Shown here in pieces: positions 56,625-64,000 of a DNA stretch of 64,000 bases. Both the position numbers and the translations under genes were made by a program. Under the pieces are notes generated by a model. That model was not told the origin of the DNA. It saw only the letters and a list, made by a program, of their open reading frames with translations, and made no database searches. Position 1 is the first letter of the stretch. Every line of letters begins with the position of its first letter. The stretch comes from an uncultured Bacilli bacterium (GTDB lineage: Bacteria; Bacillota_I; Bacilli_A; RF39; UBA660). Location of the stretch: NCBI GenBank assembly GCA_934098745.1, contig CAKOPG010000004.1:10561-74560 (forward strand), read 5' to 3'.

Positions 56625-58957
56625 TGAATAATAGTTTAATTAAGACAGTAAAAGAAAAGTCTAATTTTTTGTATAGTATTGCAGAAATATTGACAGGAGA
56701 TTATAAGCCACATCAATATGGTGATGTTATGCTTCCAATGGTTGTTTTGAAAAGATTTGATGATGTTTTGAGTGATACGAAAGATGCTGTTATTGAAGCA
56801 GCAAAAAAATATCCTGAAACATTTGCTAAAAGAGATTTTATATTGAAAGAAATATCAAAAAATAATTTTTATAATACAAGTAATTTTGATTTTAAAAAAT
56901 TATTAAATGAACCTAATGATATAGAAGCTAATTTTTATAATTATCTTGATGGCTTTTCTGATGAAGTAAAAGATATAATGGAAAAATTTAAAATAAAAGA
57001 TCAAATTCAAAAATTAAGTGAACATAATATTTTATATTTAATAATTGATAAATTTAATGAACCTCAAGCAAATATGCATCCGTCTAAAGTAACAAATATA
57101 GAAATGGGCTATATTTTTGAAGAAATAATAAGAAGATACAATGAATTATCTAATGAAGATGCAGGACAGCATTATACGCCTAGAGAAGTTATTGAATTAA
57201 TGGTTAATTTGGTGTTTGAAGATCAATCGGATTTAGCTGATGCCTCAAAAATAAAAACTGTTTATGATGGAGCATGTGGAACGGGTGGTATGTTAACTGG
57301 AAGCATGGAATACGTAAAAAAGCTAAACAGTTCTTCAAAATTATTATGTTATGGCCAAGAAATAGAAGATGCTACATATGCTGTTTGCAAAGCAGACATG
57401 CTAATTAAAGGAGAAAATCCAAATAATATTAGATTTGGTAGCACATTATCAAACGATCAATTTACAGGAGAAAAATTTGATTATATAATTATGAATCCTC
57501 CATTTGGTAGAGACTGGAAAAAAGATAAGGAAAAAGTGGAAAAGGAAGCTGAAAAAGGAGCAGATGGTAGATTTTTTGCTGGAACTCCACCTATTTCAGA
57601 TAGTCAATTATTATTCTTACAAAATGCAGTTTCTAAAATGAAATCAGAAGGATCTAAAGTAGCAATCATTCATAATGGATCTGCATTATGGAATGGAGAG
57701 GCAGGCAAAAGCGAAAGTGAAATCAGAAGATATATAATTGAAAATGATTTATTAGATTGTATTGTTCAATTGCCTACAAATTTGTTTTATAATACTCCAA
57801 TAACAACATATATATGGATTCTTTCAAATAATAAACCTGTACACAGAAAAAATAAAATTCAATTAATAAATGCCGAATCTTTTTATAAAAAAATGCGTAA
57901 AAGTTTAGGCGAAAAGAAAAACGAAATATTACCAAATCAGATTAAAGAAATAACAAAAATTTATGGAGAATTTGTACAAAACAAGTATTCAAAAATTTTT
58001 GAAAAATCTTTTTTTGGATATCAATTAATAAATGTACTTTTACCAAAATACGACGATAACAAAAATGTCGTTATGAAAAATAATAAAGTTGTTTTTGATA
58101 AGAAAAATAAAAATAAGGAGTTTATACCTTTATCAACAAATCCAATTGAATATTTTGAAAAAGAAGTTAAACCTTATTATGAAGATGCGAACTTTGAAAA
58201 AGACGAAATAAAAATAGGATATTCCATTGACTTTGTAAAATATTTTCATGAGCCAATAAAATTTGAAAAAACAACTGAAATAATGAAAAAGATAAATCAA
58301 AATACTAACCTTATTGAAAACACTGTAAAAGATTTATTCGATGATGTAGAAGATGACAATATAAGCTTTAAAATTGAAAAGTATTTAAAAGTAAAAAGTT
58401 GCTTTGTGGTAGCTAAAGACAAAGCACATTTGGATGATCCGGTTATTCTCTCTTTAGCTCGTGATGGTGTTAGAATACGTGATATATCTACAAATGAAGG
58501 ACAATTGGCAGATAGTTATTATGATTATAATCCAGTTAAGAAAAATGACTTGTTACTTAATCCAATGGACTTGGTTAGTGGGGCCAATTGTACTTTATCT
58601 GATAAAGAAGGTGTTATAAGTCCTGCTTATGTAAATTTAAGAAATAAAAAGGGCTATTATTCAAAATATTATGATTATTTCTTTAAAACTCAGTATTGGA
58701 CAAGAAATTTCTTTGCTTGTGGTAAGGGTGTATCCTTTGATAATAGATGGACTTTGAATAATGATGCCTTAATGAATTATAAAATTCCTGTTATTCCTTA
58801 TGATACTCAGAAAAAAATTGCAGATGATTTAGATGTAAAGATAAATAAAATCAATAAAGCCAAAAAAGAACTTGAAGATCAAATTCAATTATTAGAAAGA
58901 TATAAAAGATCATTAATTAATGAAAGAGTATTAGGAGAAGAGAAGTATGAATTATAA
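56624..58957 (+). CDS. hsdM: type I R-M methyltransferase fused to a half-size specificity (single TRD + conserved helix) domain
   Basis: HsdM N-domain, motif I YDGACGTGGML, motif IV IIMNPPFG. The C-terminal 200 aa or so is HsdS-like (GVISPAYVNL ... YKIPVIPYDTQKKIADDLD ... LLERYKRSLINERVLG). Confidence 0.85.
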   Translation: MNNSLIKTVKEKSNFLYSIAEILTGDYKPHQYGDVMLPMVVLKRFDDVLSDTKDAVIEAAKKYPETFAKRDFILKEISKNNFYNTSNFDFKKLLNEPNDIEANFYNYLDGFSDEVKDIMEKFKIKDQIQKLSEHNILYLIIDKFNEPQANMHPSKVTNIEMGYIFEEIIRRYNELSNEDAGQHYTPREVIELMVNLVFEDQSDLADASKIKTVYDGACGTGGMLTGSMEYVKKLNSSSKLLCYGQEIEDATYAVCKADMLIKGENPNNIRFGSTLSNDQFTGEKFDYIIMNPPFGRDWKKDKEKVEKEAEKGADGRFFAGTPPISDSQLLFLQNAVSKMKSEGSKVAIIHNGSALWNGEAGKSESEIRRYIIENDLLDCIVQLPTNLFYNTPITTYIWILSNNKPVHRKNKIQLINAESFYKKMRKSLGEKKNEILPNQIKEITKIYGEFVQNKYSKIFEKSFFGYQLINVLLPKYDDNKNVVMKNNKVVFDKKNKNKEFIPLSTNPIEYFEKEVKPYYEDANFEKDEIKIGYSIDFVKYFHEPIKFEKTTEIMKKINQNTNLIENTVKDLFDDVEDDNISFKIEKYLKVKSCFVVAKDKAHLDDPVILSLARDGVRIRDISTNEGQLADSYYDYNPVKKNDLLLNPMDLVSGANCTLSDKEGVISPAYVNLRNKKGYYSKYYDYFFKTQYWTRNFFACGKGVSFDNRWTLNNDALMNYKIPVIPYDTQKKIADDLDVKINKINKAKKELEDQIQLLERYKRSLINERVLGEEKYEL

Positions 58958-61931
58958 AGAAATAAATTTCGAAGAATCAATTGAAAAATATTTAGTTACT
59001 AAGGGTGGATATCATATTAGTGATGGATTAGGATATGATAGATTAAAAGGATATAATCCTAAAGCATTAATTGATTTTATTGCATCTACTCAAAATAAAA
59101 AATGGATGAAACTAATGTCTATCCACGGTGAATATACAAAGGATTATTTTTTAAAAAAGGTTGAAGAACAAATAAAGGAACATGGTTTACTTGCTACTTT
59201 AAGAGATAAAATTAAACTTGATGGTATGGAATTTAGATTGGTGTTTTTTAAACCTGAAACATCAATGAATCCAGAATTAGAAGAATTATATGATGGCAAT
59301 ATATTAGAATGTGTAAGACAATTACATTATTCCATGGACAATGAAAATAGTGTTGACATAACTTTATTTGTGAATGGATTTCCAATTGTAATAATGGAAT
59401 TAAAAAATCAATATACAGGACAAGATATAAATAATTCAGTGCATCAATTTAAATTTGATAGAGATCCAGAAGAACCAATATTTAAATTTAATGAGAGAAG
59501 CTTAGTATATTTTGGAGTTGATTTGTTTGAATGTGTAATGACTACTAAGCTTGCAAAAGGTGCAACTTATTTCTTGCCGTTTAATCAGGGATCTAATGGT
59601 GCTGGAAATGTTGGTGGTGCAGGTAATCCAAATAATCAAAATGGATTTGGAACTTCATATTTATGGGAGAAAGTTTTATGTAAAGATTCTTTATTAGAGA
59701 TATTACAAAAATATATGCATTTAGATTATGAACCAACAAAATCATGGCGAACAGGAAAAATGATATTTCCGAGATATCATCAATTAGATGCAGTAACAAA
59801 ACTTGTTGCAGATGCTAAAGAAAATGGTAGCGGAAAAAATTACTTAATACAACATAGTGCAGGATCAGGAAAATCAAATTCAATAGCATGGCTTGCATAT
59901 AGATTGTCATCACTACATGATAATGATAATAATAAAGTGTTTGATTCAGTAATCGTTGTTACAGATAGAAAAGTATTAGATAGTCAACTACAAAATACAA
60001 TTTATCAGTTTGATCATGTACCAGGAACAGTAGTTAAAATAGATAAAGGAAAAACTTCTAAAGACTTATTAGAAGCAATTAATGATGGTAAAAAAATAAT
60101 AATTACTACATTACAAAAATTCCCTAGAATATATACAGAAATAAATAGTGTAGATAAGAAATTTGCTGTTATAGTTGATGAAGCACATTCTTCTCAAACT
60201 GGAGCTAGTGCTTCCAAATTAAAAGAAGGATTAGGAAATATTGAAGAAGTATTAGAAGAATACGCTAGAAATGAATTGGCTGAAGAAAACAATAGAGTAG
60301 AAGATGATGATCTTTTAATGAATGAGTTGGCTTCTCATGGAGATCATTCTAATATGTCATTCTTTGCTTTTACTGCAACACCAAAAGATAAGACATTACA
60401 AATATTTGGAACTAAATATCCAGATGGTAGCTACAGACCATATCATGTGTATTCAATGCAACAAGCTATTGAAGAAGGATTTATTCTTGACGTATTAAAA
60501 AATTATATGACATATGATATGTATTATAAAATTGTTAAAAGTGCTGCAGAAGATCCAGAAGTTAAAACTTCAAAAGGTATGAAAGCTATTGCAAGATATG
60601 AATCACTACATCCACATAATTTAAGCCAAAAAGCTGCAATAATGATAGAACATTTCTTGAATACAACAAGATATAAAATTGGTGGAAAAGCTAAAGCTAT
60701 GGTAGTTACATCATCTAGATTACATGCAGTAAGATATTTAAAAGAATTTAGAAAATATATTAAAGATCATAACATAACAGATGTTGATGTATTAGTGGCT
60801 TTCTCAGGTGACTTAAATGATGATGGAGAGATAGTAAGTGAAGAAAAATTAAATATTGATTATAAAGGAAATAATGAACATATTAAAGAAAATCAATTAC
60901 CAAAGAGATTTAATGAATCATATAACGTGTTAATTGTTGCAGAAAAATATCAAACAGGTTTTGATGAACCATTATTACATACAATGTTTGTTGATAAGCC
61001 TTTATACGGTGTAAAAGCAGTTCAAACTCTTTCAAGATTAAATAGAACATGTCCAGGTAAGACTGACACATTTGTGCTTGATTTTGTTAATACTGCAGAT
61101 GAAATTAGAGATTCATTTCAACCATATTATCAAGCAACTAATTTAACAGAAGGTGTAGATCCAAACAATGTTTATGCAATTTATAAAAGAGTAGAAGCAT
61201 ATAGATTATTTTCTGAGGATGAAGCTCTTGAGTTTGCAAAAGTATATTATAGTGGTAAAGAAGATATGTCTAAACTTAATTTCTATTTATATCCTGCAAG
61301 AAAGAAATATATAGATATGAAAAAAGAGGATCAAAGAGAGTTTAAGTCTATTCTTCAAGCATTTATTAGAAGCTATGGATTTGTAGTTCAAGTGGCTAGA
61401 ATGATGGATAAAGATATTCAAAGCAAGTATATTTTCTGTAAATATCTAAATAAAACATTACCTAAAGAACATGAAACAGTAATTGACTTAGATGATAAAA
61501 TAGAACTTGAATATTATAGATTAGAAAAGAAATTTGAAGGATCTATTGAATTGACTTCTGAAGAAGGAGAACTTAATCCTCCAAAAGGTATGATTGGTAA
61601 AAAAGAAGAAGAAAAAGAACCGCTAAGCGTTCTTGTTGATAAAATAAATCAAAGATATAAAACAAATTTTACCAATATGGATAAAGTTATGGAACAAATT
61701 ACACAAGATTTCTTGGATGATGAAGAAATGGTAAATCTAGCTAAACATAACGATCCTGAGTCATTTAGAAAAGTATATAATGATGAATTCCAAAGAAAAG
61801 CCTTTAGAAGATATCAACAAAATACTGATATGTTTGAAAAAATGATGTCAGAACCAGGATATATGGAAGACTTTATGACAAGTATGTTTAAGTTTATTTA
61901 TGATAAATTAAAGAATAAAGAAGAAAAATAA
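58947..61931 (+). CDS. hsdR: type I restriction endonuclease subunit R
   Basis: Nuclease motif DITLFVNGFPIVIMELKN. Helicase motifs QHSAGSGKSNS, VIVDEAHSSQ, FTATP, VAEKYQTGFDEP, QTLSRLNR. Overlaps hsdM by 11 nt. Confidence 0.92.
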   Translation: MNYKEINFEESIEKYLVTKGGYHISDGLGYDRLKGYNPKALIDFIASTQNKKWMKLMSIHGEYTKDYFLKKVEEQIKEHGLLATLRDKIKLDGMEFRLVFFKPETSMNPELEELYDGNILECVRQLHYSMDNENSVDITLFVNGFPIVIMELKNQYTGQDINNSVHQFKFDRDPEEPIFKFNERSLVYFGVDLFECVMTTKLAKGATYFLPFNQGSNGAGNVGGAGNPNNQNGFGTSYLWEKVLCKDSLLEILQKYMHLDYEPTKSWRTGKMIFPRYHQLDAVTKLVADAKENGSGKNYLIQHSAGSGKSNSIAWLAYRLSSLHDNDNNKVFDSVIVVTDRKVLDSQLQNTIYQFDHVPGTVVKIDKGKTSKDLLEAINDGKKIIITTLQKFPRIYTEINSVDKKFAVIVDEAHSSQTGASASKLKEGLGNIEEVLEEYARNELAEENNRVEDDDLLMNELASHGDHSNMSFFAFTATPKDKTLQIFGTKYPDGSYRPYHVYSMQQAIEEGFILDVLKNYMTYDMYYKIVKSAAEDPEVKTSKGMKAIARYESLHPHNLSQKAAIMIEHFLNTTRYKIGGKAKAMVVTSSRLHAVRYLKEFRKYIKDHNITDVDVLVAFSGDLNDDGEIVSEEKLNIDYKGNNEHIKENQLPKRFNESYNVLIVAEKYQTGFDEPLLHTMFVDKPLYGVKAVQTLSRLNRTCPGKTDTFVLDFVNTADEIRDSFQPYYQATNLTEGVDPNNVYAIYKRVEAYRLFSEDEALEFAKVYYSGKEDMSKLNFYLYPARKKYIDMKKEDQREFKSILQAFIRSYGFVVQVARMMDKDIQSKYIFCKYLNKTLPKEHETVIDLDDKIELEYYRLEKKFEGSIELTSEEGELNPPKGMIGKKEEEKEPLSVLVDKINQRYKTNFTNMDKVMEQITQDFLDDEEMVNLAKHNDPESFRKVYNDEFQRKAFRRYQQNTDMFEKMMSEPGYMEDFMTSMFKFIYDKLKNKEEK

Positions 61932-61955
61932 GTTCGTATTAATACGGACTTTTTT
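61931..61955 (+). terminator. hsdR terminator
   Basis: AGTTCGTATT / AATACGGACT stem (one G-U) followed by TTTTT. Confidence 0.7.
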
Positions 61956-62013
61956 GGTGTATTTAGGTAAAAAATGGTTTATTCTATGTTATAATTTATA
62001 TAGGTGATTACTT

Positions 62014-62400
62014 ATGATAATTAAAGTAGTAGCATGCTTAATTGAAAAGGATAATAAAGTTCTTATTGCAAAACGTTCAACAGGTGATCCTAATGTTTTA
62101 GGTAAATGGGAATTTCCAGGAGGAAAGGTAGAACCTGATGAGGATGAGAAACATGCCATTGAAAGAGAAATTAAAGAAGAATTTGAATTAGTAATAAAAG
62201 CTAACAATTATTTGATTAATAATATATGTGAATATCCAAAGAAAACTGTGGATTTAAGATTGTATAGTTGTGATTATATTTCTGGTGATTTTAAACTTCA
62301 TGATCATTCAGAATATAAATGGGTAGAGAAAGATAATTTATTAGATTATGATTTAGCACCTGCTGATATTCCTCTTGCCAAATTTGTTAAGGAGAAATAA
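62014..62400 (+). CDS. MutT-type Nudix hydrolase
   Basis: Nudix box GGKVEPDEDEKHAIEREIKEEFEL preceded by GKWEFPGG. TATAAT plus an AGGTGA RBS upstream. Confidence 0.9.
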   Translation: MIIKVVACLIEKDNKVLIAKRSTGDPNVLGKWEFPGGKVEPDEDEKHAIEREIKEEFELVIKANNYLINNICEYPKKTVDLRLYSCDYISGDFKLHDHSEYKWVEKDNLLDYDLAPADIPLAKFVKEK

Positions 62401-62402
62401 TT

Positions 62403-63683
62403 ATGAGTACTTTAAGAGAAATTGTTTATAATTCAGTTATTGCTATTCACAGAAGAACTGGAAAAGAGTGGATCCCACTAAAAGAAATTTATGAAGAAGT
62501 TGATAAAAAACGAGATGTTGGCATAAACAATGGCGGTGCTTCAGTAAGGGCAGCATTAGAAACACATAGTGCACTATCAGAAGTGTTTTCTGGAACCGAG
62601 GAATATATCCTTAAAGAAAAAGGATCAGGTCTTTATAAATCTATATATTATGATCAAATAAAATTTATAAATAATATAAATATTGGGGATGTATTCACAC
62701 GAGATCAATTAATGGCAATCTTTAAAATAAGTGGTCAGTCAGGCATAATGAAAACTAATTCATTAAATTGTTTAGTATTAACAACATCAGAAGAAAATGG
62801 TGTGTATGGTGATAGTACTGTTGAAAACGGATTTATTACATATACTGGTGAAGGATTAACTGGCGATCAAACTATTACAAAAAACAATAAGACAATTTAT
62901 GAGTCAAATGAAAATGATTTACCAATGTATTTATTTTCTAAAGATAATAATAAAAAATACATTTTTGAAGGGCAAGTTAAATTATGTGCAGAGCCATATC
63001 AAGTTATAGAAAAAGACATAGATGGAAACGATAGACTCGTATGGAAATTTCCTTTATCAATTGTATATCCAAATGATTATGATTTCGAAAAAGACGAAAA
63101 GTTCAATGAAATAGTTTATGAGATAACTGAAATAGAAAGTAAAGTATATTCTGATATGATGGAAGAAGAAAATGATTTAGAATATAGAGAAGGCAAAATA
63201 AATATCAGGAAATATAGAAAAACAGATAAAAAGATTCAAAGAACTAAGAAGCCAGATTATATAGCTGAAGAAATTATAAAAACAAATCAAGGAATTATAA
63301 ATGAGAAAGTTGTATATGAAAATGAGATTAAACGTCTAATGGAAGCTGAAGCAAAAGAGCAAGTTAGGAAAATGGAAGAATTCTTTGAAAATAAGAAAGA
63401 GAATGAAGGATTTGATATTTTATCATTTGAATTAAATGAAGATGGCGAATATGTTGAAAAATATATAGAAGTTAAATCAACAAAAGGTAATGAAGGAACA
63501 CCAATTGATATTACAGCTGATGAAATAGATTTTGCAAAAAAACATATAGATAATTATTATTTATATAGAATAATTAATAGCGAAAGCAAAGATCGATATC
63601 TAAAAATAGTAAAAGGTAAAGATTTATTCAATAATGCTGATTACAATTTTATTCCAACGAGTTATAAAATATATTCAAATTAA
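62403..63683 (+). CDS. wHTH + SRA(YDG)-like + DUF3883 (PD-(D/E)xK) protein; candidate modification-dependent (type IV) restriction enzyme
   Basis: The middle region IGDVFTRDQL..SGQSGI...VYGDSTVENGFITYTGEGLTGDQ...N follows the SRA pattern G..F..R...G.H..GI...Y.D....YTG.GG..DQ..N. The C-terminus FDILSFE...YIEVKSTKG...ITADEIDFAKKH..NYYLYRI is DUF3883-like. It starts 2 nt after the Nudix stop. Confidence 0.6.
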   Translation: MSTLREIVYNSVIAIHRRTGKEWIPLKEIYEEVDKKRDVGINNGGASVRAALETHSALSEVFSGTEEYILKEKGSGLYKSIYYDQIKFINNINIGDVFTRDQLMAIFKISGQSGIMKTNSLNCLVLTTSEENGVYGDSTVENGFITYTGEGLTGDQTITKNNKTIYESNENDLPMYLFSKDNNKKYIFEGQVKLCAEPYQVIEKDIDGNDRLVWKFPLSIVYPNDYDFEKDEKFNEIVYEITEIESKVYSDMMEEENDLEYREGKINIRKYRKTDKKIQRTKKPDYIAEEIIKTNQGIINEKVVYENEIKRLMEAEAKEQVRKMEEFFENKKENEGFDILSFELNEDGEYVEKYIEVKSTKGNEGTPIDITADEIDFAKKHIDNYYLYRIINSESKDRYLKIVKGKDLFNNADYNFIPTSYKIYSN

Positions 63684-63715
63684 AAGTCCAGAAACATTAA
63701 TTCTGAACTTTTTTA
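63683..63715. terminator. bidirectional terminator
   Basis: AAAGTCCAGAA / TTCTGAACTTT stem (one mismatch) followed by TTTTATTT, between convergent genes. Confidence 0.65.
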
Positions 63716-63954
63716 TTTGATATAAAAGTAATTTTAGTTGCGATAATTATAATTCTATGAAGATCATCAATTTCAATATATCCTTTAATGCCAATTAAAT
63801 CGTTTTCTTTAATATAATTATTTAGTTCTTTATGAAAACCTTTTGAGATATTTATTCTGACAATTTGATGATTTTCTAAGCCTTCGACCTTTAAGAGTAA
63901 TTCTTCGCCTTCAATGCCTTTAAAGCATCCAGAAATAACAACGCTATTAACCAT
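63697..63954 (-). CDS. hypothetical small protein (possible OB-fold)
   Basis: ATG 63954 after AAAGGAGG. 85 aa. No motif recognised. Confidence 0.55.
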   Translation of the reverse strand: MVNSVVISGCFKGIEGEELLLKVEGLENHQIVRINISKGFHKELNNYIKENDLIGIKGYIEIDDLHRIIIIATKITFISNKKVQN

Positions 63955-64000
63955 AATATCCTCCTTTTTAATAGTTGTTGTATTAATCACTTAATTATTG

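Noticed and set aside
61989-62207. 72-aa minus-strand ORF.
   Set aside because: Antisense to the Nudix gene, whose Nudix box is unambiguous.

Overview
AT-rich (roughly 28-30% GC by eye) Firmicute chromosome segment that uses the standard bacterial code: TGA acts as a stop, for example in the ireB/ruvX ATGA overlap at 36481-36484. Three things suggest a spore-forming Erysipelotrichia/Bacilli-like organism (inference only): the Bacillus-type synteny ireB-ruvX-DUF1292-mltG-trmR-yrrN-yrrO-greA-tig, a clear CotE homologue, and no rpmD between rpsE and rplO. Layout: 1-7.1 kb holds the distal spc/alpha ribosomal operons (rplF to rplQ, including a sub-threshold rpmJ). 7-48.4 kb is mostly housekeeping: ligA, M29 aminopeptidase, a tRNA-Met plus a decayed duplicate, an Hpt/response-regulator/hybrid-kinase phosphorelay, murC, CBS-type family II pyrophosphatase, two ackA paralogues, nrnA, cotE, the trmR/U32 tRNA-modification operon, greA, tig, tRNA-Lys/Ile/Glu and recG. 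Embedded at 22.7-27.1 kb is an accessory class II bacteriocin locus: a C39-ABC exporter, a mini accessory protein, two double-glycine-leader peptides missing from the ORF track, and a large polytopic membrane protein. From 48.5 kb, just downstream of recG, to the window end the region is accessory/mobile. It contains, in order: a promoter-to-terminator structured-RNA candidate; a consensus-promoter operon (small ORF, HTH-Fic, DUF3800-like, Zn-ribbon protein); a tyrosine integrase with a cI/Cro switch, replisome organizer, helicase loader and HNH but no structural genes (phage-satellite-like or prophage remnant); then an AbrB-like gene coupled to a type I R-M whose methylase is fused to a half-size specificity domain, plus HsdR; and a tightly coupled Nudix + wHTH-SRA-DUF3883 pair that I read as a candidate modification-dependent restriction module. 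No rRNA genes or CRISPR arrays were seen. All functional calls rest on motif recognition by eye in the translated ORFs; no database search was run.
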